Source: an uncultured bacterium (GTDB lineage Bacteria > Chlamydiota > Chlamydiia > Chlamydiales > VFKH01). Taken from it: a stretch of DNA of 38,078 bases. Position 1 is the first letter of the stretch, and every line of letters begins with the position of its first letter. Positions 1 through 7,364 of this stretch are shown piece by piece. A program made the translations under genes and the position numbers. Under the pieces are notes generated by a model. It was not told where the DNA came from and did not search any database. It saw only the letters and a list, made by a program, of their open reading frames with translations. The DNA lies in assembly GCA_903839985.1 (NCBI GenBank), contig CAIMEJ010000037.1:1-38078 (forward strand). Reading direction: 5' to 3'.

Positions 1-1
1 A

Positions 2-331
2 GATTTTGAGGCGTTGATAGAAGTCACAAGTAGAACGCATAGTCTCATCCTGGCTGGGACGGCCCTCATTCTTGGATATTTGATGGTAAGTCGCTGGAAG
101 TTTCCAAGTATCAAATCACTGCATTTTCGAGTGCGTTCTTCCCATCTGATTCTAGGTACTGTCCTGATTGCTCTGGCCCTTATCTACGGCCTCTCTCATC
201 ATTTCCCGCTTCTATTTCTCATCGTTGTCTGGAGTTACATAGCTCTTGCCTGCGTTCTCTCTATTGTACGCATTGTGGCAGGGCGCCGTTCAAAGCTCCT
301 AGAAGAATTTGAGCCGGATCCTGAAGAATAG
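2..331 (+). CDS. Hypothetical membrane protein, probably the 3' part of a gene starting before the window
   Basis: ORF track starts at TTG 14, but the frame is open back to base 2 (D-F-E-A-L-I-E...). Three to four hydrophobic stretches and an acidic C-terminus (EEFEPDPEE). No family recognised. Confidence 0.55.
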   Translation, partial: DFEALIEVTSRTHSLILAGTALILGYLMVSRWKFPSIKSLHFRVRSSHLILGTVLIALALIYGLSHHFPLLFLIVVWSYIALACVLSIVRIVAGRRSKLLEEFEPDPEE

Positions 332-342
332 GCGGAGCTATT

Positions 343-408
343 TTTCTTAATAGATCGATGATTTCCAGCACATAGTTTCTTAGTAGATAGATGCTTTTCA
401 GCACATAG
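343..408. repeat. Tandem 2 x 33-bp imperfect repeat in the convergent intergenic gap
   Basis: 343-375 tttcttaatagatcgatgatttccagcacatag vs 376-408 tttcttagtagatagatgcttttcagcacatag; 29/33 identical, directly adjacent. Confidence 0.85.
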
Positions 409-409
409 A

Positions 410-1261
410 TCATGTAAGGATTTCGTGACCGCTTTCTGTAATCAGAATGGTGTGTTCCCATTGCGCGCTAGCCAGGCCATCAATCGTGCGAGCTGTCCAG
501 GAATCAGAGGTGTCTACGATAGCTTCGGCTTTGCCTGCATTGATCATAGGCTCGATGGTAAAGGTCATCCCAGGCAGAAGAAGGGTTTTATCTTTATTTC
601 TTGAATGCATAATTTGAGGCTCTTCGTGGAATTCAACACCCACGCCATGACCGATAAATTGATGTACGACAGAACAGTTATGACTCTCGGCGTAATCGGA
701 TATCACGTCACCAATTGTTTTAATGGGCAGGCCTGGTTTGAGAATGGCAATAGAGCGCATAAGACATTCATAGGAGACTTCCGTGACGCGTCTTCGTTCT
801 TCTGAAACATCACCAATCATCACCATACGGCTACAATCGCCATAATAGCCATCTACAATAGAGGTAACATCAATATTGATGATATCGCCCTCTTGAAGAG
901 CTCTTGGTCCAGGAATCCCGTGACAGATCACTTCATTGATGGAGGTACAGATACTTTTAGGAAAGGGAGGTTCCCCATATCCTAGAGGAGCGGCAATAGC
1001 CCCATGTTCTTTATGGAGGCGAACGGCTATAGCATTAAGATGGTCTGTTGTAACTCCGGCTTTAGCTTCTTGGCAAAGAATATCTAATATAAAGGCTGCA
1101 AGCTTAGAGGCTTTACGAATGCCCTCTATTTGCAGGGGTGTTTTCAGCAGAATGTGGTGTTTTTTAGCATAAGCTAATAGATCAAAAGGCTTTTCAGGCC
1201 AGTGACAATTTTTGAATTTTTTGCTGCTTCCACACCAGCAGGGGTCATTTCTTTGTGTCAT
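410..1261 (-). CDS. map: Methionine aminopeptidase (type I) with N-terminal SEC-C zinc-binding motif
   Basis: N-terminal RNDPCWCGSSKKFKNCH; MetAP motifs CTSINEVICHGIP, DIINIDVT, GDCSRM, GHGVG..FHEEP, FTIEPMIN, SAQWEHT. Confidence 0.97.
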   Translation of the reverse strand: MTQRNDPCWCGSSKKFKNCHWPEKPFDLLAYAKKHHILLKTPLQIEGIRKASKLAAFILDILCQEAKAGVTTDHLNAIAVRLHKEHGAIAAPLGYGEPPFPKSICTSINEVICHGIPGPRALQEGDIINIDVTSIVDGYYGDCSRMVMIGDVSEERRRVTEVSYECLMRSIAILKPGLPIKTIGDVISDYAESHNCSVVHQFIGHGVGVEFHEEPQIMHSRNKDKTLLLPGMTFTIEPMINAGKAEAIVDTSDSWTARTIDGLASAQWEHTILITESGHEILT

Positions 1262-2024
1262 AGATAATATTGGTTAACCATAACCCACAGGCAGGTGCTG
1301 TAATGCCGGCCTTTAGGCGTTCCTTTTTTTGTAAAATAGAGGATAGATCCTCTAAAGCAATTTTTCCGCGTCCTATATAGATTACAGTGCCGACTAAGTT
1401 TCGCGCCATCTTATAGAGAAAATGGTTGCCTATAAGTTTTATTTGAAGGCGCTCTCCAGGAAGATTTTCTATCTTAAAGGTCTCTAGATGTCTAACAGTA
1501 CTTGTATACTTTTTATCCGCTCTTTTATTGGTAAAGCTTTCAAAATCTTGGCAGCCTTTAAGTAAAGAGGCAGCCTCCTGCATCAAAGAAAGATCAAGAG
1601 GGTAGGCAACGTGCCAGGAATAGAGACGGTGCTCAGGGAGCTGTTGCGGGCTCGTGCAGATATAATACGTATATTCTTTAGAAAGGGCATCAAGGCCAGG
1701 ATGAAATTCCGAGCTGGCTTCTTCTAAATGGCGCACATGAATTTCTTTTGGTAGCAGCGAATTAAGGCTCTTCTGAAATTTTTTATAACAGGTGATCGGT
1801 AGAAGCGTTGAAAAAGAGGCTACTTGTCCAAGGGCGTGGACCCCGCGATCTGTACGGCTACATCCTTCTACAGGAATAACTTCCCCTGTAATTGTATGAA
1901 GAGCCTTTTCCAGAGAGCCTTGAATGCTAGGGCCGGCGGCTGTTTTTTGCCATCCATAGAAGAGAGTTCCATCATAGGAGACAAGGATCTTATGGACGTA
2001 AGAAGAGTGCAAGTTAGGTGGCAA
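1245..2024 (-). CDS. truA: tRNA pseudouridine(38-40) synthase
   Basis: SYDGTLFYGWQ, GCSRTDRGVHALGQV (catalytic Asp), FLYKMARNLVG, TAPACGLWL. Start uncertain (TTG 2024 or TTG 2012). Confidence 0.96.
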   Translation of the reverse strand: MPPNLHSSYVHKILVSYDGTLFYGWQKTAAGPSIQGSLEKALHTITGEVIPVEGCSRTDRGVHALGQVASFSTLLPITCYKKFQKSLNSLLPKEIHVRHLEEASSEFHPGLDALSKEYTYYICTSPQQLPEHRLYSWHVAYPLDLSLMQEAASLLKGCQDFESFTNKRADKKYTSTVRHLETFKIENLPGERLQIKLIGNHFLYKMARNLVGTVIYIGRGKIALEDLSSILQKKERLKAGITAPACGLWLTNIIYDTKK

Positions 2025-2053
2025 GGATCTTATGGACGTAAGAAGAGCGCAAG
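1982..2053. repeat. 32-bp direct repeat with 8-bp spacer at the marC/truA junction
   Basis: caaggatcttatggacgtaagaagagYgcaag at 1982-2013 and 2022-2053, one mismatch (2008 t / 2048 c). Confidence 0.92.
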
Positions 2054-2623
2054 GCCGTCTGTCAGAAGGTTAAGGGCAATAAGGGTCATTACAAACCCCA
2101 TGAGCCTTTCACCTGCAATAAGCACCTGTTTCCCTACCAAGCGTGCTAATAAGCTTGAGCTTAATAGAACAATGAGAGAGGCTCCCCAAGCTATTAAAAG
2201 AGCGCTTGTCATTGTTGTAAAATCTTCAAGCTGATCAGCATAGATCATAACAGCCCCCAGTATAGCTGGGCCTGCAACAAAGGGTACTGCAAGGGGTACA
2301 ATAAAAGGATCTTCCCCAGCTTTTAACGAAAGCTTCTCGTCTTTATTCGGAAAAATCATTTGGAGGGCGATAATAAAAAGGATAACCCCACCAGCAATGC
2401 CCACGGTAGATTGTTTAACATGAAGAAGTTCTAGAAATTCATTTCCTAGAAAAGCAAAAAGTAAAATAACCCCTAAGGCAATAAGCATTTCACGCACAAT
2501 AATCTTACGCCTTTTCTTTTCGGGAAAGCGATGCAGTAAAGAAAGGTAGAGAGGGATATTACCTATAGAATCCATGATAATAAAAAAAGTGACGGCTAGT
2601 CTAGCGATAGACATGGTATTCAT
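2030..2623 (-). CDS. MarC (YhgN/NAAT) family integral membrane protein
   Basis: FFIIMDSIGNIPLYLSL, IAGGVILFIIALQMIF, PFIVPLAVPFVAGPA, ERLMGFVM; six hydrophobic segments. Confidence 0.93.
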   Translation of the reverse strand: MNTMSIARLAVTFFIIMDSIGNIPLYLSLLHRFPEKKRRKIIVREMLIALGVILLFAFLGNEFLELLHVKQSTVGIAGGVILFIIALQMIFPNKDEKLSLKAGEDPFIVPLAVPFVAGPAILGAVMIYADQLEDFTTMTSALLIAWGASLIVLLSSSLLARLVGKQVLIAGERLMGFVMTLIALNLLTDGLALFLRP

Positions 2624-3213
2624 AAAGAGCTCCTTGTAATAAACTCTGTTACACCTTGTAGGAACATTTGGACAGCAATAAGAGTCAAGACAAGCCCCAT
2701 TAAGCGCTGAAAAGCAATAATGCCTTTATCCCCGATAACACGCTTGAGTAAAGGACCAAAAAAGAGGATAAGAGCCGTTGCCAGCCAGGCAAGAAGAATG
2801 CCACCTAGCATCACGAGAAAATTATTTTCTTGGCGTGCGTAAATCATAACAGCTGCAAGGGCAGAAGGGCCAGCTATAAGAGGGGTGGCTATAGGAACTA
2901 TAAAGGGCTCATCCGAAGGGCATTCCACATCATATTTTTTAATAGAGGGAAATATCAGCTTAATGGCAATAAGAAGAAGAATCAAGCCTCCGGCCATACG
3001 AATGTTGGAGTCGGTGATGTGAAGCCAGTCGAAGAATTTACCCCCAAAAAAAGCAAAAACTAAAAGAAGAAGAAGCGCAACACCCATATCTTTGGCAAGC
3101 ATACTACGCTGTTTTTTAAGAGGATAGCCCTTTAAAAGATCCATAACCATAGGCACGACGCCTACAGAATTTAAAATAAGAAAGAGGGAAAAAGCGATAG
3201 ATATAGACCTCAT
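2620..3213 (-). CDS. MarC (YhgN/NAAT) family integral membrane protein, tandem paralog
   Basis: LILNSVGVVP, MAGGLILLLIAIKLIF, PFIVPIATPLIAGPSALAAV, QRLMGLVLTLIAVQMFLQG; 4-bp overlap with the downstream paralog. Confidence 0.93.
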   Translation of the reverse strand: MRSISIAFSLFLILNSVGVVPMVMDLLKGYPLKKQRSMLAKDMGVALLLLLVFAFFGGKFFDWLHITDSNIRMAGGLILLLIAIKLIFPSIKKYDVECPSDEPFIVPIATPLIAGPSALAAVMIYARQENNFLVMLGGILLAWLATALILFFGPLLKRVIGDKGIIAFQRLMGLVLTLIAVQMFLQGVTEFITRSSL

Positions 3214-3329
3214 GCGAAGAATCCTTCAATAGTTATAGTTACTAATCATAGTAACGGACCAAGGAATTTTTGACAAACTAAAGACAAGTCTTTGATTACC
3301 AATGATTTTAAAGAAAAAAAAATAACTCA

Positions 3330-3359
3330 TTGCAACGAAAGGCCAAAAATTTTTAAAAT
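3330..3359 (+). promoter_or_regulatory. Putative sigma66 (sigma70-type) promoter of the acidic small protein
   Basis: TTGCAA (3330-3335), 18-nt spacer, TAAAAT (3354-3359), with an A-rich UP-like tract upstream and AAGGA SD before ATG 3395. Confidence 0.5.
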
Positions 3360-3394
3360 AACCGCTTTTTCAAAAGCACTAAAAGGATTTTCTT

Positions 3395-3610
3395 ATGGGA
3401 TGTCGTAAAGAGATCGATCACGATCTAGAAGATTGTGAAAGAATAATAGCTCTCAATGTCGAAGATGATGAAGAAGACTTGGATGACGAGGATTTCGACG
3501 ACGAAGACGGCGAATTCGATGACGAAGACTTTGATGACGAAGACTTTGATGACGAAGACTTCGATGAGGAATTTGACGAAGACGAAGAAGACGAAGAAGA
3601 CGAAGAGTAG
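3395..3610 (+). CDS. Small hyper-acidic low-complexity protein with (FDDED)n repeats
   Basis: ATG with SD, upstream promoter candidate and downstream terminator; 47 of 71 residues are D/E; synonymous variation among repeat codons (GAT/GAC, TTT/TTC) fits a coding sequence. Confidence 0.75.
   Translation: MGCRKEIDHDLEDCERIIALNVEDDEEDLDDEDFDDEDGEFDDEDFDDEDFDDEDFDEEFDEDEEDEEDEE
3521..3565 (+). repeat. 15-bp coding tandem repeat GACGAAGACTTYGAT x3
   Basis: gacgaagactttgat gacgaagactttgat gacgaagacttcgat, encoding DEDFD units; degenerate copies on both sides. Confidence 0.85.
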
Positions 3611-3617
3611 TCGTTTT

Positions 3618-3653
3618 AAAAAGGGCAGTTACAATTCTTGTCTGCCCTTTTTT
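3618..3653. terminator. Bidirectional intrinsic terminator between the acidic ORF and dapL
   Basis: aaaaagggcag, 13-nt loop, ctgccctttttt; T-tract on both strands, between convergent stops. Confidence 0.8.
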
Positions 3654-4851
3654 AATTAAGTCGAGAGAGAGCTTCCTCTATGGTAGCCCGTTTACCAAAA
3701 GCGCTGAGGCGTAGATATCCTTCCCCTCCTGGGCCGAATCCAGATCCTGGTGTCGTAACAATATTATATTTATAAAGAAAGTGGTCAAAAGCCTCCCAAG
3801 AACTCTGATGAGGAGTTTTTACAAAGAGGTAGGGTGCGTGTGTCCCGCCAAATACTTCATAGCCACTTTGAGTAAAGTGGTCTTTCAGGAGCTTGGCATT
3901 ACCCAGATAAAACTGAACAAGCGTGTCGATCTCTTTAAGCCCCTCAGGAGTGAGAGCTCCTAAGCCCCCGTGTTGGGCGATGATGCTGGCACCATTAAAG
4001 CAGGTAGTCATGATGCGGTTCCAATCGGTGATGACACTAGGGCCTTCTTCGAAGCGAAGATCTTTCGGAATAACAGTCCAAGAAAGGCGTATCCCTGTAA
4101 ACCCAATGATCTTTGAGAAAGAGTTAATCTCAATGGCGACATCTTTTGCACCAGGAATTTCAAAAATAGTGCGTGGAAGGGCCGGATCTTGGATATAGAC
4201 ACTATAGGCTGCGTCATAGATGAGAAAGGCACCTCGTTCTTTCACAAAGTCTACCAGTTTTTGGAGCTGCTGCTTTGTACAAACAGCGCCTGTAGGATTG
4301 TTCGGGTTACAAAAATAGAGAAGATCGAAGGGGGGAGTATTCTCATCTAACACCGGAAAGAAGTTATTCTCAGCTGTGCAAGGCAGGTAAACTAAGCGAT
4401 CATAATAACTGTTTGTATGACTCCCCGTCTGCCCCATAATAACGCTTGTGTCGACATAAACAGGGTAGGCCGGATCTTGGACGGCTGTAATAACGTCACT
4501 TCCAAAAAGCATTTGAAGGCGGGCGATATCACATTTAGCACCATCGGAGATAAAAACTTCTTCTGGGGCTACAAGTCCTTTGTAATAGGTTTCCGAAATC
4601 GATTTACGCAAGCTGTCGAGCCCTTGCTCTGCACCGTAGCCTTCGTAGCCACTAGCTGTACCCATGGCAATAGCTTTTTGCACGAGGCTTTGCGTGACAA
4701 AAGGGGGGAGCTGTTCTGTTGTGTCACCGATACTTAAGGAGATGAGTTTGGCCTCTGGAGTTTTTTCCAGAAGAGCTCTAGCTCTTTTTTTAACTTCAGG
4801 AAAGAGGTAGCTCCCTGACAGTTTGCTCATATGGGGATTACGTTTTACCAT
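3652..4851 (-). CDS. dapL: LL-diaminopimelate aminotransferase
   Basis: SYLFPEV, ISLSIGDTT, GYGAEQG, FISDGAKCD, DPAYPVYVD, FCNPNNPTG, YDAAY, SFSKIIGFTGIRL (PLP Lys), TPGSGFGPGGEGYLRLSAF. Confidence 0.96.
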   Translation of the reverse strand: MVKRNPHMSKLSGSYLFPEVKKRARALLEKTPEAKLISLSIGDTTEQLPPFVTQSLVQKAIAMGTASGYEGYGAEQGLDSLRKSISETYYKGLVAPEEVFISDGAKCDIARLQMLFGSDVITAVQDPAYPVYVDTSVIMGQTGSHTNSYYDRLVYLPCTAENNFFPVLDENTPPFDLLYFCNPNNPTGAVCTKQQLQKLVDFVKERGAFLIYDAAYSVYIQDPALPRTIFEIPGAKDVAIEINSFSKIIGFTGIRLSWTVIPKDLRFEEGPSVITDWNRIMTTCFNGASIIAQHGGLGALTPEGLKEIDTLVQFYLGNAKLLKDHFTQSGYEVFGGTHAPYLFVKTPHQSSWEAFDHFLYKYNIVTTPGSGFGPGGEGYLRLSAFGKRATIEEALSRLN

Positions 4852-5882
4852 TAAATAAGACCTTTGGATACAAGTAATTCTGCAGTGAGAACGCCGCCAC
4901 CAGCGGCTCCTCTGACTGTATTATGAGAAAGAGCCACTAAACGAAAGTCAAGAAGTGGACATGTGCGTAGACGGCCGACACTTACCGTCATTCCAAGACC
5001 TCTATCTTTATCTTTACGAGGCTGTGGGCGGTCCTCACTTTCTGTGTAATGGATAAGCCCCTTAGGAGCACGCTCCCAAGTATTCAGGATGTCTTGTTTG
5101 GTAGCTCTTTTATCTTTAAGAGAGAAGGATACACATGTCAGATGGCCATCAAGAACCGGCACACGGTTGCAATGAGCACTAATGCGGATTTGGCTGTTTT
5201 TGATAATAGAGGAGCTACCGATGGAGCCTAAAATCTTGAGGGGTTCCTCTTCGCATTTCTCCTCTTCACCACGGACAAAAGGAATCACATTATCGAGAAT
5301 ATCAATAGCCGCAACACCGGGCCAGCCAGCACCAGATAGGGCTTGAAAAGAGGTGATAAAGACCTTTTCAAGGCCAAACTCTTTATGGAGAATTCCCAAC
5401 GCTATTAAATAAGATTGCACTGTGCAGCAGGGCTTGGCAACGATAAAACCCTTCCAAGAGCGATTTTTCTGTTGGATAGGAAGAATAGAAAGATGGTCGC
5501 TATTAATTTCAGGAATAATAACGGGAATGTCTGCTTCTTTACGTCCCCAGGAGGCGTTGGATACAATGGGAAAGCCTATATTGGCAAAATGAGGTTCAAA
5601 AATAATGGCTGATTCATTATCGAGTGCTGAAAAAAGAAGGCGGCAGCGTCTGATAGCCTGACAGTTTTCGGCAAGGGGATAGACAAGAAGGGGCGCTATT
5701 TTTTCAGGAATAGGGTTATCTTGATGCCATCTTCCTAGGACAGCCTCCTCATATGTTTTGCCGGAAGAGCGCTCAGAGGCTGCTAGGTAAACAATTTCAA
5801 AAAGAGGGTGGTTGGCTAATCTATTAATATATTTTTGGCCTACGATACCTGTAGCCCCCAGTATACCAATCGGGATTTTCAT
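4851..5882 (-). CDS. asd: Aspartate-semialdehyde dehydrogenase
   Basis: GILGATGIVGQ, VIIPEINSDH, KPCCT (catalytic Cys region), QALSGAG, CNRVPVLDGH, SHNTVRGAAGG. Confidence 0.95.
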   Translation of the reverse strand: MKIPIGILGATGIVGQKYINRLANHPLFEIVYLAASERSSGKTYEEAVLGRWHQDNPIPEKIAPLLVYPLAENCQAIRRCRLLFSALDNESAIIFEPHFANIGFPIVSNASWGRKEADIPVIIPEINSDHLSILPIQQKNRSWKGFIVAKPCCTVQSYLIALGILHKEFGLEKVFITSFQALSGAGWPGVAAIDILDNVIPFVRGEEEKCEEEPLKILGSIGSSSIIKNSQIRISAHCNRVPVLDGHLTCVSFSLKDKRATKQDILNTWERAPKGLIHYTESEDRPQPRKDKDRGLGMTVSVGRLRTCPLLDFRLVALSHNTVRGAAGGGVLTAELLVSKGLI

Positions 5883-6754
5883 AGAAGCGCTCCTAGAATT
5901 TCTTGTAGTTTGCTACGCGTTTCATTTTTTACAGTACAAAGAGGTAGTCGTACTCCACCTGCTTGTAAGCCTGCGATATTCATAGCCTCTTTAATGGGTC
6001 CAGGATTGGATTCCAGAAAGGCTCCTTTAAAAAGAGGCAGGAGTTGAAAATGCAGTAGGCGTGCAGCCTCAAAATCACCTTGAAGAGAGAGATCTACCAT
6101 CTTTTTAACAAGGCCCGGCATCAAATTACTTACCACAGAGATGACGCCCCTTCCACCCAAAGCTATAAGAGGCAGTGTTAAGGCGTCATCACCGCTAAGA
6201 ACAGCAAAAGAGGGTTTGCAAATAGTGGCCAGAACCTCCATCATCTGTTCGATATTACCAGAAGCCTCTTTTACACCGACAATGTGAGGAAGCTCGGCTA
6301 TTAAACGCAGTGTGTCTGTATCAATATTGCGGCCGGTGCGCCCTTGAATGTTATAGATAACAAGGGGAAGTGTTGTCTCAGAAGAGAGCGCCTCAAAATG
6401 TTTATAGATACCCTCTTGTGTAGGCTTATTATAATAGGGGGTCACTACTAGCGCTTTGTCTGCACCCATATCCTGGGCTATTTGTGTCTGATGGATGGTT
6501 GTTCGTGTAGAATTAGTACCTGTTCCTACAATAATTTCCATGCGGTTTTTGAGTTTTTTTACTACAAATGCGATAAGAGCTTTTTGTTCTTCGGGAAGAA
6601 GGGTCGGGGTTTCTCCTGTTGTTCCCAGAACGATAACACCCTCTATTTTATGCTTAAGCTGATTTTCAAGTAGCATCTCTAAACTGTCGAAGTCAATCTC
6701 GTGATGGGGGCCTTTAAAAGGCGTGATGAGCGCTGTATAGGTACCCTTAAGCAT
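5879..6754 (-). CDS. dapA: 4-hydroxy-tetrahydrodipicolinate synthase
   Basis: TALITPF, GTTGE, VTPYYNKPTQEG, IYNIQGRTG, VGVKEASG, LSGDD, ESNPGPIK. Confidence 0.97.
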   Translation of the reverse strand: MLKGTYTALITPFKGPHHEIDFDSLEMLLENQLKHKIEGVIVLGTTGETPTLLPEEQKALIAFVVKKLKNRMEIIVGTGTNSTRTTIHQTQIAQDMGADKALVVTPYYNKPTQEGIYKHFEALSSETTLPLVIYNIQGRTGRNIDTDTLRLIAELPHIVGVKEASGNIEQMMEVLATICKPSFAVLSGDDALTLPLIALGGRGVISVVSNLMPGLVKKMVDLSLQGDFEAARLLHFQLLPLFKGAFLESNPGPIKEAMNIAGLQAGGVRLPLCTVKNETRSKLQEILGALL

Positions 6755-7364
6755 AGTCCTCCATGAGATCTTCCATTGTGAAAAAGCCTTTTTTACCCTG
6801 GAGCCATTCAGCTGCGATCACAGCTCCAAGAGCAAATCCTTCACGACTGCGTGCTTCATGCTTGAGTGTGATAGTGTCACAAGGAGAGTCAAAGGTAATC
6901 GTATGGGTGCCAGGAACATATCCAACTCTTGTTGAGGAGAATTCTTTTCCTATAATAGTACTAAGCAGTTTAGCTGTTCCTGAGGGGCTATCCAACTTTT
7001 GATTATGATGAATTTCATGGCCCGCTACATCATAAAGCCCCAAGGGGGCGAGCCTCTTGTAAGCCTCTTGAACAATTTTTAAGAAGAGATGAACCCCAAG
7101 AGAAAAATTAGGCGCAAAAAAGAGAGAGCCCTCTTGTGCGAGAGTCCTTTTTTTCGCCTCTTCCGGATCCCAGCCGGTTGTCCCGATAACAAAAGGTTTG
7201 TGATGAGCTAAAGCTTCGTTAACGCGTTCGAGCATATCTTTTGGATGACTAAAATCAATCCAGACATCCGCTTCTTCCTTAGAGGTGATGGTGTGCCCTC
7301 TTAAGAGAGCACTGCGTTCCACTTCTTTACCCATACGGCCGTAGCCAATTAATGCTATTTTCAT
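6747..7364 (-). CDS. dapB: 4-hydroxy-tetrahydrodipicolinate reductase (compact form)
   Basis: IGYGRMG, IDFSHP, VIGTTG, APNFSLGV, EIHHNQKLDSPSGTA, HEARSREGFALGA. Confidence 0.95.
   Translation of the reverse strand: MKIALIGYGRMGKEVERSALLRGHTITSKEEADVWIDFSHPKDMLERVNEALAHHKPFVIGTTGWDPEEAKKRTLAQEGSLFFAPNFSLGVHLFLKIVQEAYKRLAPLGLYDVAGHEIHHNQKLDSPSGTAKLLSTIIGKEFSSTRVGYVPGTHTITFDSPCDTITLKHEARSREGFALGAVIAAEWLQGKKGFFTMEDLMEDYA

Noticed and set aside
261-461. 66-aa minus-strand ORF containing the 11-aa repeat
   Set aside because: Overlaps both map and the opposite-strand membrane gene; the peptide repeat follows from the 33-bp DNA duplication.
343-2053. 32-33-bp repeats as a possible CRISPR remnant
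   Set aside because: The two repeat pairs are unrelated, have only two copies each with 0- or 8-bp spacing, and there are no cas genes.
3270-3293. TTGACA with adjacent dyad aaagac-aa-gtcttt upstream of the acidic ORF
   Set aside because: No acceptable -10 at 16-18 nt and the dyad is short enough to occur by chance.
3456-3659. Lys/Thr/Met-rich basic ORF (TKTLM repeats) overlapping the acidic ORF, superficially histone-like
   Set aside because: It is the shifted-frame shadow of GAC/GAA/GAT repeats, has no SD and runs through the terminator; repeat variation is synonymous in the acidic frame.
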